Positions 26,647 through 34,785 of a DNA stretch of 41,584 nt are shown here, piece after piece. Source of the DNA: an uncultured Pirellulales bacterium (lineage in GTDB: Bacteria; Planctomycetota; Planctomycetia; Pirellulales; JALHLM01); contig CAZUBB010000009.1 of the NCBI GenBank assembly GCA_964618485.1, positions 4,425-46,008 of the forward strand, read 5' to 3'. The number at the start of each line of letters is the position of its first letter. Within the stretch, counting starts at the first letter, position 1. The position numbers and the translations under genes are program-made. Below the pieces are notes generated by a model that saw only the letters and a list, made by a program, of their open reading frames with translations, was not told the origin of the DNA and did not search any database.

Positions 26647-28314
26647 CTAGCGGCGTCGCAGGCGGCGAGCCACCAGCGGCAGTCCGAGCAGCGCGAGACA
26701 CCAGGTGGCCGGCTCCGGCACGGAACTGGGGGCGACCGCGCCAAAGTTATTCCGGACACCGTTCAGGTCGTCCAGGTTGACCAGGCCGTCGAACGGAAAT
26801 GCGTCGCCCGGCGTCGATCCGATTGGGCCCGTCGTCCCGAAGTTGTTCCGCACGGCGTTCAAATCGTCGAGATCGACGTCGCCGTCGGCATCGGTATCGC
26901 CGTTCTGGCCGACCGGCGGCAGCACGACATCACCATAGAGGACGATGCCATTGTAGGCCGTGCCGTCCGCGAAGGTGAAGCGAATCTGCAGGTCCTGCGT
27001 CCCGCCGACGGTAAAGGCCTCGCCGATTTCATACCCCTGGCCGGGCGCGAACGCGGAACCGCCGACAGGGAGGAGTTCACTCAACCGCGTGTCGGTGGGA
27101 TTCGCTTCCGCCCAGGCGCCGATATTCTGGTCGTCGAGGCTGTTCCATCCGGCGGGATTCAAGGAACCCGAAGCGGAGGTGATGGTGTAAAAGTCGAGCG
27201 AGATGTTGAATGTCGACTGGTTCTGGATGGCCGCTTCTCCCGTTTCAGGATCGACCGTCAGCACCAGGTTGTTACGCAGCCCGGTGTACTCCACGATGCC
27301 TTGCTTCGTGGATCCATCGGGCGAAAAGTACCGGAAGGAGACATCTTCCGGGACTTCCGTCCCAAACGGAACGGCGGCGGGAGCGAACGCCGTTCCCAGG
27401 TCGAAGACAGTGCCGCTGGCGACCGAGGTTGAACCTGTCGGATTCAATTCACTCAATCGGTTCGTGCTCGGGTTGGCCTCCAGCCAACCGGTCGGGGCGT
27501 TGGCGTCGTCCAAGCTTACCCAACTGCTGGGGGCCATCTGGCCCGCGGCGGAACTGATCGTGTAGCCGTCGATGGTAATCGCCGGACCGATCGCGTTCGA
27601 CAACGTGGTGTGTCCGGTGCGCCGATCGATCTGCAACACCAATCGATTGTCGACGGTCACGGAAGCATCGCCGTTGGCATAGTCGTAGGCCGGCGTCAAA
27701 ACGAGCCCGCGTGCTAGGTCGGTCGCCGTAACGCTGGTAAACGCGCCGGTCAGCGAACCACCGGGCGCATCGACAATCTTCCAACTCTGGCCGACGGTCG
27801 GGACAAAGTCGTTGTTGAACTCCATGGTAAACGCACCGGCCAACGAGGCCGCGCCGGTCGTTTGCACGACGCCGTTCGAGGCGCCGGAGACGCGGCGGGC
27901 GATCGTGCCGTTCAACTGAAATGTGTCGGTGGTAAGCTTGCCGTTGCCGCCAATGTAAAGCGTTCCCGCGGCACCGACGCGCGTCAGCCCAAAGGCTGTG
28001 CCCCCAGCGGTAACGACGGTCAGCGATCCGTTATTCCGCAGGTCGAGACCGCCGTTGTCGAGTAACAATCCGTCAATCGGAAACTGCGCCGCCGCGGTCA
28101 AAAATGCGGTGCCGCCGTTACTGATGCCGGCCACCTCCGCGGGGAAGTTGTCCCCGGGAATAAACGGGCCTGCCGTCGAGGTCCAGTTGTCCTTGAGATT
28201 CCAGTCCCCTTCGCCCGGTACGGCGAATTGAATGGAGGCCGCTGGCTGCGCGGCCGCCGTCGCCGCGAAAAGCGGCACGCCGAGCAGCGCGGCGAAATAA
28301 ATTCTGCGCATCAT
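26647..28314 (-). CDS. Secreted PEP-CTERM-anchored protein with beta-strand repeats, two ~115-aa internal repeats and a dockerin-type repeat pair
   Basis: Signal peptide MMRRIYFAALLGVPLFAATAAAQP. Dockerin-like GDTDADGDVDLDDLNAVRNNFG...DGLVNLDDLNGVRNNFG. C-terminal VPEPATWCLALLGLPLVARRLRRR (PEP motif, TM, basic tail). SD GAGGAG lies 9 nt before ATG 28314; the ORF is open to TTG 28335. Confidence 0.85.
   Translation of the reverse strand: MMRRIYFAALLGVPLFAATAAAQPAASIQFAVPGEGDWNLKDNWTSTAGPFIPGDNFPAEVAGISNGGTAFLTAAAQFPIDGLLLDNGGLDLRNNGSLTVVTAGGTAFGLTRVGAAGTLYIGGNGKLTTDTFQLNGTIARRVSGASNGVVQTTGAASLAGAFTMEFNNDFVPTVGQSWKIVDAPGGSLTGAFTSVTATDLARGLVLTPAYDYANGDASVTVDNRLVLQIDRRTGHTTLSNAIGPAITIDGYTISSAAGQMAPSSWVSLDDANAPTGWLEANPSTNRLSELNPTGSTSVASGTVFDLGTAFAPAAVPFGTEVPEDVSFRYFSPDGSTKQGIVEYTGLRNNLVLTVDPETGEAAIQNQSTFNISLDFYTITSASGSLNPAGWNSLDDQNIGAWAEANPTDTRLSELLPVGGSAFAPGQGYEIGEAFTVGGTQDLQIRFTFADGTAYNGIVLYGDVVLPPVGQNGDTDADGDVDLDDLNAVRNNFGTTGPIGSTPGDAFPFDGLVNLDDLNGVRNNFGAVAPSSVPEPATWCLALLGLPLVARRLRRR
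26929..27642 (-). repeat. Intragenic tandem duplication of a ~115-aa module
   Basis: Unit 1: LVLQIDRRTGHTTLSNAIGPAITIDGYTISSAAGQMAPSSWVSLDDANAPTGWLEANPSTNRLSELNPTG. Unit 2: LVLTVDPETGEAAIQNQSTFNISLDFYTITSASGSLNPAGWNSLDDQNIGAWAEANPTDTRLSELLPVG. They are clearly alignable by eye. Confidence 0.7.
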
Positions 28315-28356
28315 GTGTTGGTGCTCCTCAAGCAAGATGAAGGAAGGATTGAGGAG

Positions 28357-29271
28357 CTAGCGAGCGCGGCGACGCACGTACGCCGCAACGCCCAGGGACG
28401 CGCCGACCAGCAACACCCAGCTCGACGGTTCCGGCACGGAGTTCGGCCCGCCGGCGCCGAAGGCGTCTTTCCAGATGCGGAAGTCGGTTTCCGTCACCAG
28501 TCCGTCGAAGTTTAAGTCGCCGGACTCGCGCGTCGTTCCTTCATAGAAGTTGGCGCGGATGATGTCGAAGTCGTCGATGTCAACCACGTTGTCCAAATTG
28601 ACGTCGCCGATTTTGCCGGTGACTTGTGAAATCCGGAAGTCGACGTTGTCGACATAGCCGTCGAAGTTGGCGGACGTGCCGCCGGAGAGTTGAATCCGGA
28701 CCTTCGCGGTGCCGATCGGCAACAGGCCCGACTGAGTATCCAGGCCCCAATCGCGGCGATCACTGACAATGGGCAAAGTCACGCCAAATTCAGTCCCACC
28801 CGCGGACGCCGACCCCAACGCCACATCGGAGGCGTTGAAGAACACGGCATCGACGGAGGAGAACTCGTCCTGCAAGAGATAGGTCGAGAAGTACCCGCTC
28901 AAGTCGAACTTCGCGAGCCCCGTCGCGATCGCAGTACCGGACGGGCCGGTCGACACGTCGATGTCCTGATAGGTCGCGCCGGTTCCGGGGGCGAATCCGC
29001 CGGCGTAGTGGTGATCGCCTGCGCCGGGAGGAGTCGTCGGCCCGGCATAATTCGACGAGTAGGGGTAGGCCCAGTTGTCGTCCGTGTCGCTGACCCATTG
29101 ATTCAGCCGCACGCTGGTGAAAGGTCCATCACTCGCCGGGTCGACATTTTCAAAACCTGGATCGACCACCAGATTGGTGTCGAGCGGCGCTGCTTGCGCG
29201 GCGGTCACGAAGAACAGTCCCCCGGCCGCCAGAGCGGCGGCGATGGAGGCACGAAATCGCTTGATTCTCAT
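28357..29271 (-). CDS. Secreted PEP-CTERM protein: jelly-roll/CBM-like domain, dockerin-type module, PEP-CTERM anchor
   Basis: Signal peptide MRIKRFRASIAAALAAGGLFFVTAAQAAP and N-terminal domain NLVVDPGFENVD. Dockerin-like GDVNLDNVVDIDDFDIIRANF...GDLNFDGLVTETDFRIWKDAFG. C-terminal VPEPSSWVLLVGASLGVAAYVRRRAR. SD AGGAG precedes ATG 29271. Confidence 0.85.
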   Translation of the reverse strand: MRIKRFRASIAAALAAGGLFFVTAAQAAPLDTNLVVDPGFENVDPASDGPFTSVRLNQWVSDTDDNWAYPYSSNYAGPTTPPGAGDHHYAGGFAPGTGATYQDIDVSTGPSGTAIATGLAKFDLSGYFSTYLLQDEFSSVDAVFFNASDVALGSASAGGTEFGVTLPIVSDRRDWGLDTQSGLLPIGTAKVRIQLSGGTSANFDGYVDNVDFRISQVTGKIGDVNLDNVVDIDDFDIIRANFYEGTTRESGDLNFDGLVTETDFRIWKDAFGAGGPNSVPEPSSWVLLVGASLGVAAYVRRRAR

Positions 29272-29361
29272 GGCTGCTCCTGAAGAGTCACAAATCGCCA
29301 CAGGTCGTACGCCGCGCAACCGTCAACGCAACGCCGACCTGTGCTGAGTTTTCACTACCGT

Positions 29362-30102
29362 CTACTTTGCGCGGCGACGCAACACCGCCGCTGCCGCGAG
29401 CGCCGTTCCCGCCAGCAACACCAGCGACGAGGGTTCCGGCACTTGAGTGATCGTGAAGTCGACCGAATCCACATAGCCGTCGAAATTGGTCGCGTCGCCG
29501 TCGGCGGACAATTGAATCAGCACGTTTTCGGTTCCGACCGGAATCAGACCGGTGGTTGCATCGAGGCCCCAATCGCGGCGGTCCTCGACCACGGGCAGCG
29601 TCTGGCCGAAAGCCAGACCGCCCACGGACGCCGTGCCGAGAACAACGTCGCCAGCGCCCAGGAAGACCGCCTCCAGCTTGGAGAACTCATCCTGCGTGAA
29701 ATAGGTCGAGAAGTAACCGCTCAGGTCGTACTTGGCGCCGCCGCCGGCGATCGCCAGCGCGGAGTCTCCGGACGAGACGTCAATCGACTGGTGCGTGTGA
29801 CCGGAACCAAGTCCCGCGTCATTGAAGCCACCCGAGAAGTGATAATCACCGGCGCCTGGCGGAAGCGTCGGCCCCGAGTAAGCGGAGGAGTACGGGTAGG
29901 CGAAGTTGTCGCCGGTTGAGCTGTCCCAGTCGTTCAGCAACACGCTGGTGAAGGGACCCGCGGTCGCGGTGTCGACGTTTTCGAAGCTCGGGTCAACGAC
30001 CAGGTTCACACCAAGCGGCGCTGCCGCCACGGGACCACCAAAGAACAATCCGCCGGCGGCCAAAGCCGCGGCCACGGAAGCGCGGACACGTCGAATTCTC
30101 AT
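29362..30102 (-). CDS. Secreted PEP-CTERM protein, paralogue of 28357-29271 without the dockerin module
   Basis: MRIRRVRASVAAALAAGGLFFGGPVAAAP and NLVVDPSFENVD. About two-thirds of residues are identical by eye to the neighbour over the N-terminal domain. It ends ITQ-VPEPSSLVLLAGTALAAAAVLRRRAK. Confidence 0.85.
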   Translation of the reverse strand: MRIRRVRASVAAALAAGGLFFGGPVAAAPLGVNLVVDPSFENVDTATAGPFTSVLLNDWDSSTGDNFAYPYSSAYSGPTLPPGAGDYHFSGGFNDAGLGSGHTHQSIDVSSGDSALAIAGGGAKYDLSGYFSTYFTQDEFSKLEAVFLGAGDVVLGTASVGGLAFGQTLPVVEDRRDWGLDATTGLIPVGTENVLIQLSADGDATNFDGYVDSVDFTITQVPEPSSLVLLAGTALAAAAVLRRRAK

Positions 30103-30516
30103 CGTCGCACCTATCTGGCATTTGCTGCCGGCAAAACATGGATGTACGTCCCAGGTTGATTCGTTTCACCCGGCAGTCCCCCGAGGTGCGCCCAACACGG
30201 CGGCCCGCCGCAATTTCGCGGCGGCGAATCGCAACAGAATCTGTCCCTAAATTCCGCACAATCGGCCCATCCAGTCTACGCTGCATGTACGCAAAGCGCC
30301 AAGCAAGAAACAAGTAAAATACGTGGTACAATTGCGCAAGTCGCGCGGGTCTGACCAGGCTTTGACTTTCATCGAACGCCTTGCAGCGGCACGCGTTACG
30401 TGAAAGACTCGATCGCTGCAGGCGGCCTTGGCGACGACCCAAACCTGCCGCTCATGCGGCGCTCATGTGCGTTGCCAAATTGCAACGCGCCAACTCGCTT
30501 TTCTTGATGCTTTGTC

Positions 30517-32076
30517 ATGGCTCGGCGACCACGCCCCCCACAACGTTCGACGATCCAGCCTGCGGATTCCCCACTGCTCCAGGCGGCGCGGCGGGCGTTT
30601 ATGGAGCACCGCTACGACGACAGCCTGGAGCAATTCGATCTGGCCGTTCAGTCGCTGCCCAAGAACCCCGTAGCCCTCGTCGATGCCGCCCGGGCCCATG
30701 CCCTGCGGCACGACCGGGCGCGTGCCGCCGCGCTGGCCGGGCGCCTGCAACGACTCGCTCCGGACGATCCGGAAATCCAGATTCGCGCGGGCGAGCTTTA
30801 CCGGCTGATGGACCTGCGGAGCGAGGCGGTGGAGTGCTTCGAGCGCCTGGCGACCTCCCCACGCCCCCAGCCGCGGGCGCTGCTGGAGCTCGCGGCGATG
30901 TACGAGCGACTGCACCGGCTGGACGAGGCCCGCGCGGCGGTGGATCGGCTCCTGCACCTCGATCCGCAGCACGCGGGTGGACAGATCGTCCGCGCCCGTA
31001 TCGAGCGCCGGCAAGGCGCCCTTGAGGCCGCGATCAGCACGTTGCGCCAGTTGCTCTCACGCACCGAACTTGAGCCACGTATCGTCGCCGAAGCCTGGGG
31101 GGACCTCGCCCGCGCGCTGGATGAGCAGGGGGACTACGACGCGGCCTGGGAGGCGATCCTCCAGTGCAAAGCGGCGCAGCTTCCGCGAGCTGAGCCTGCG
31201 CAAGTCGCGGCGAGGCACGTTGCCGCGCGATGTTCACGGATGCTCGATGAGCTGACCACGGCGCACTTTCGGCGCTGGAAGGAACCGCCACACGAAGATG
31301 CTCCACGGCGTCTCGCATTGCTGACCGGCTTTTTGCGCTCCGGTACCACGCTGCTGGAGCAAGTGCTCAAGGTACAACCAGACGTGATCAGCACCGAAGA
31401 GCGCGATATCTTTTCGGCCAACATTTTCCCATTTCTCGGCCGTGGGAAGCCGAATGACTTTCCGGTGGTGCAACTGCTCGATGAGCTCGTGCCGTCCACG
31501 CTCGTCGACGCGCGGCGGCGGTACGAGCGCGTCGTCGAGGCGTATCATCGCGAGCCGCTCGCCGGGCGGCTGCACATCGACAAGAACCCGGCGATGAACC
31601 TGATGATTCCGCTGGTGACGCGCGTCTTCCCGGAAACGCGGCTACTGGTCACGCTGCGCGATCCGCGCGACGTGATACTCAGCTCATTCTTGCGATACCT
31701 GGCAATCACGCCGGTGAGCGTGAATTTCCTCTCGCTGGAAGGAACCGTCGACAAGTATCTCTTCGACATGCAAGCTTGGCTGCGGCTGCGCGAGTTGATC
31801 GCCACGCCTTGGCTGGAAATCCGCTACGAGCAGGTCATCGAGAACCTGGAAGCGGAAGCCCGGCGCGTGTTTGAGTTTCTCGGGCTCGCCTGGAATCCGG
31901 CGGCGCTTGCGTTCCACGAAGAAGCTCGCCGCCGCCCCGCCACGTCTCCCAGTTACGCGGAAGTCACATCGCCAATTCACCGCCGCGCGGTCGCCCGATG
32001 GCGCCACTACGAGCGCCACCTCGCGCCGCAACTCGATCGCCTGGGACCGATTCTCGAGGCGCTTCGGTACGCCTAA
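30517..32076 (+). CDS. TPR-repeat-containing PAPS-dependent sulfotransferase family protein
   Basis: The N-terminal ~200 aa are TPR-like helices. The C-terminal domain has the 5'-PSB loop LLTGFLRSGTTLLEQVL and the 3'-PB motif LVTLRDPRDVILSSF. Confidence 0.85.
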   Translation: MARRPRPPQRSTIQPADSPLLQAARRAFMEHRYDDSLEQFDLAVQSLPKNPVALVDAARAHALRHDRARAAALAGRLQRLAPDDPEIQIRAGELYRLMDLRSEAVECFERLATSPRPQPRALLELAAMYERLHRLDEARAAVDRLLHLDPQHAGGQIVRARIERRQGALEAAISTLRQLLSRTELEPRIVAEAWGDLARALDEQGDYDAAWEAILQCKAAQLPRAEPAQVAARHVAARCSRMLDELTTAHFRRWKEPPHEDAPRRLALLTGFLRSGTTLLEQVLKVQPDVISTEERDIFSANIFPFLGRGKPNDFPVVQLLDELVPSTLVDARRRYERVVEAYHREPLAGRLHIDKNPAMNLMIPLVTRVFPETRLLVTLRDPRDVILSSFLRYLAITPVSVNFLSLEGTVDKYLFDMQAWLRLRELIATPWLEIRYEQVIENLEAEARRVFEFLGLAWNPAALAFHEEARRRPATSPSYAEVTSPIHRRAVARWRHYERHLAPQLDRLGPILEALRYA

Positions 32077-32246
32077 TCGTGGCCTGGCAATTGCGCAAGT
32101 TGCCGTGACATCCCATACCACCTCGCTCAGTCTCTTTCTTATAGGCGTGCGGTGGGGACCGTAAACATTCCTAGCTTTCGCTGAATGCGGCTCGACGATC
32201 TCATTCCGTCTTGACGCTTGCCGGCTGCCGACCTAGCCTCCGCGGC

Positions 32247-33290
32247 ATGATGCAAACAATCCGCTATGTGCCTGGCGTGATTACCCTGTTGTGCCTCGGG
32301 TTCAGCACCTTCGTGCGCGCCGCGGAACCGATCGCGCTCGCTCCGGAAGAGGGGATTCTGATCCTGCAGAACGGCGAAGTGATCGCCGGTAAGATCACGC
32401 AGTCGGGCAATCGCTACTACGTCGCCCTGCCGAACGGCGAGCTGCGGTTGCGGGCCGAGGATGTCGCATTGCGCTGCAAGGATCTGGCGGAAGGTTATGC
32501 CAAGAAACGCGCAGCGTTGAACGGCACGAGGGTCGACGAGCATTTGGAGTTGGCTCAATGGTGCCTTTCCCACGGCTTGCTCGACGAGACAGAAGCGGAG
32601 ATCCGCTATGGCGCGACAATTGACCGCGGGCACCCGCGTCTGCGGTTGTTGGCGCGGAAACTGGAACTAGCGCGCTCCAAGCCCGAGGTGCGTGCGCCGC
32701 TCGCGACAACGCCTCCCCCGGCAAGCGACGCGGAGGCGCTCGAAGCGCTCACGAAATCGGTTCCGGCGCCGATCATGCAACGTTTTGCCACGACCGTGCA
32801 ACCGTTGTTGACGAACTCCTGCGCCACGACGGGCTGCCATGGCGTGTCGGGAAAATCGACGTTCACCCTGACGAAGATTCGCGGGCAAGGGGATCGGGCG
32901 CGACGGCAAACGCTGCGCAATCTGATGGCGGTGCTCGACCAGATTGATCGTCAGCGCCCGCAAGAGAGCCCGCTGCTGACCAAGCCGATCGAGCCGCACG
33001 GCGGCGGTAAGGCGGCGATCTTTACGGCCAAGAACAGCCGCCAATACTACGAGCTTTATGAATGGGTGCGACTTGTGACGGGGGAGCGGCCGCCGACCTA
33101 TGCGACCGCATCGCCCACGCCCTCAGGTGGCCAGGAAGCGGAGGTGGCGACCGATGGAGACATTGAGCAAGCGGCATTCGCGACGGACGTCGAGGAAGGC
33201 TCGGACGGCGGATCGGAGGAGAATCCTTACGATCCCGAAGCGTTTAATCGCGGCGCCGGAGCGGCCGCGGGAGACGCCGGAATGCAGTAA
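32247..33290 (+). CDS. Secreted hypothetical protein with a PSCyt-like (planctomycete cytochrome-c-like) segment carrying CX4CH
   Basis: Signal peptide MMQTIRYVPGVITLLCLGFSTFVRA-AEP. Central VQPLLTNSCATTGCHGVSGKSTFTL...SPLLTKPIEPHGGG and an acidic low-complexity tail. The ORF is open from 32211. Confidence 0.6.
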   Translation: MMQTIRYVPGVITLLCLGFSTFVRAAEPIALAPEEGILILQNGEVIAGKITQSGNRYYVALPNGELRLRAEDVALRCKDLAEGYAKKRAALNGTRVDEHLELAQWCLSHGLLDETEAEIRYGATIDRGHPRLRLLARKLELARSKPEVRAPLATTPPPASDAEALEALTKSVPAPIMQRFATTVQPLLTNSCATTGCHGVSGKSTFTLTKIRGQGDRARRQTLRNLMAVLDQIDRQRPQESPLLTKPIEPHGGGKAAIFTAKNSRQYYELYEWVRLVTGERPPTYATASPTPSGGQEAEVATDGDIEQAAFATDVEEGSDGGSEENPYDPEAFNRGAGAAAGDAGMQ

Positions 33291-33350
33291 CGCGCTCCGT
33301 TGCGAAAGCAGTCGTCACTCCGGGCGCTGACGCTTACCGCTCCAGGGATC

Positions 33351-34382
33351 TTAGTCGTCAGACTCGCTGGCAGCGGCCGCCAGCAACGGGGCCGCGGCGT
33401 CTTCTGCCAACACTGTCGTGGTGCGGCGGAATCTTCCTTGCATCAGCACCAGTCCGGCGACGGTCAGTACGACCCCTGACTGCAGGGCGAACGTGATCGG
33501 TTCGCCAAAAAAAAGTACGCCCGCCACGGCTGCCATCGCGGTTTGCGACGCGTTCAGCAGGTTGTACTGCAAGATCGGGAGCATCTGCAGGCTTTTGGAT
33601 AGCGCATAGAACGCCCCCGCGTTGAACAGTCCCGCCAACAGCATGGGGCGGTACTCGAGCCAGGTGGTGTCGAGCAAATCGGCAGCGCCGAGTCGGAAAA
33701 GGCTCATCGGCGCAAGACTCGCCAGTCCGACGACGCTTACCACGACGAGCGTGGCCGGCAGCGTCGCGTGGCCTGTTACGGCGCGACGGATTACGGCGCC
33801 GAGAAACGCGTACGTGAATCCGGACACGCAAGCCGCTGCGACCGCGGAGGCGACGATCCCGGCGGTATGCGGCGTCTGGCTCGTGGCTTCCACGGCACGA
33901 TGCGCATCTCCGGCGCCGAAGCTGAGCACCACGACCGCGCCGAGCAGCACGACCATCGCGAATGCGGAGCGCAGCGTCACCGGCTCACGGAGCCACAATC
34001 GCGCCAGCAGCGCCGTCCCGAATAGCAACGTCCCCAGGCAAAGGGGCACGGAAAGCGCCATGCCGATCACGCCGAGCGAAAACTGAAAGCTGACGTTGCC
34101 GACGACTTGCCCCAGCAGACCGGCGATCGCCAGACCGTACGCGGCGCGGCGGGAGGTCCACGGGGGAATGCCGTGAAACCACTGCCAGAGCAGGTAGGGG
34201 CCGAAGAGCACTGTCGTCGGCACGGCTTTGATACACGATACCCAAACTGGGTCGGATACGATCGAAGCTTCGCGCAGAAAGGCGTTCGCGCCGGTGTAGC
34301 CGACGGCCGACGCGAGGCCGCAGACGGTTCCCCAAAAGGCCCGGCGCCCTGCGGAGGCAGCGTCCCCAGGGGGCGAAGTCAC
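33351..34382 (-). CDS. DMT/EamA-like multi-pass permease
   Basis: About 10 hydrophobic spans in two similar halves, rich in Gly/Ala/Leu/Val. The ORF is open to 34598, but that extension is Arg/Pro/Gly-rich. GTG 34382 (VTSPPGDAASAGRRAFWG) is a plausible start just before the first TM. The start is uncertain. Confidence 0.6.
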   Translation of the reverse strand: MTSPPGDAASAGRRAFWGTVCGLASAVGYTGANAFLREASIVSDPVWVSCIKAVPTTVLFGPYLLWQWFHGIPPWTSRRAAYGLAIAGLLGQVVGNVSFQFSLGVIGMALSVPLCLGTLLFGTALLARLWLREPVTLRSAFAMVVLLGAVVVLSFGAGDAHRAVEATSQTPHTAGIVASAVAAACVSGFTYAFLGAVIRRAVTGHATLPATLVVVSVVGLASLAPMSLFRLGAADLLDTTWLEYRPMLLAGLFNAGAFYALSKSLQMLPILQYNLLNASQTAMAAVAGVLFFGEPITFALQSGVVLTVAGLVLMQGRFRRTTTVLAEDAAAPLLAAAASESDD

Positions 34383-34785
34383 GGGCCACGGCCTTTCATG
34401 AGATTGCGTGGGGGGAAACGCGGCCGGCTGGCTCAGGGCCCGAGCGTGACGCGGGCGACGCTGGCCACGACCACGAATAGGAGGGCGGTGATAATGAGTA
34501 TCCCCAAGAGAGCCATTCCCATGTACGCAACTCCGATTTCGACCAATGCCCGGCAGCAACGGCGCCCCTTGGCCCGGGCCCCGGTGGGAAACCACCAAAT
34601 TATCGCGCCGGCGCGAGTGAGGCCAGGGCTGATTGTGCGGCGGTGTACTAACTGACCCCAGGGGAGTCCGCTTGCGCCACTGTGGACGAAACTTCCCGCG
34701 TGGTGGCCACCCCTGGGCTTAGTTGGGGAATGGGTACAATCCGATGGTCGCGATTCTGGCACCTGACTCCTGGCTCCGTCTTCTC

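Noticed and set aside
30113-30130. TGGCATTTGCTGCC, a possible sigma54 element next to the PEP-CTERM operon start
   Set aside because: The GG-to-GC spacing is too short for a -24/-12 promoter. It also lies on the plus strand, pointing away from the cargo operon and about 400 nt from the sulfotransferase start.
30381-31025. 214-aa plus-strand ORF overlapping the sulfotransferase start in another frame, with related ORFs at 30428-30673 and 30463-31014
   Set aside because: The sequence is an extreme Arg/Pro/Ala/Gly composition with no motifs. The overlapping 30517 frame carries TPR and PAPS-binding motifs.
32085-32104. TGGCAATTGCGCAAGTTGCC read as a sigma54 promoter, and likewise TGGTACAATTGCGCA at 30324-30338
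   Set aside because: The distance between the GG and the candidate GC/TTGC is wrong in both: too long in the first and three nt too short in the second. They are kept only as a repeated palindromic 13-mer.
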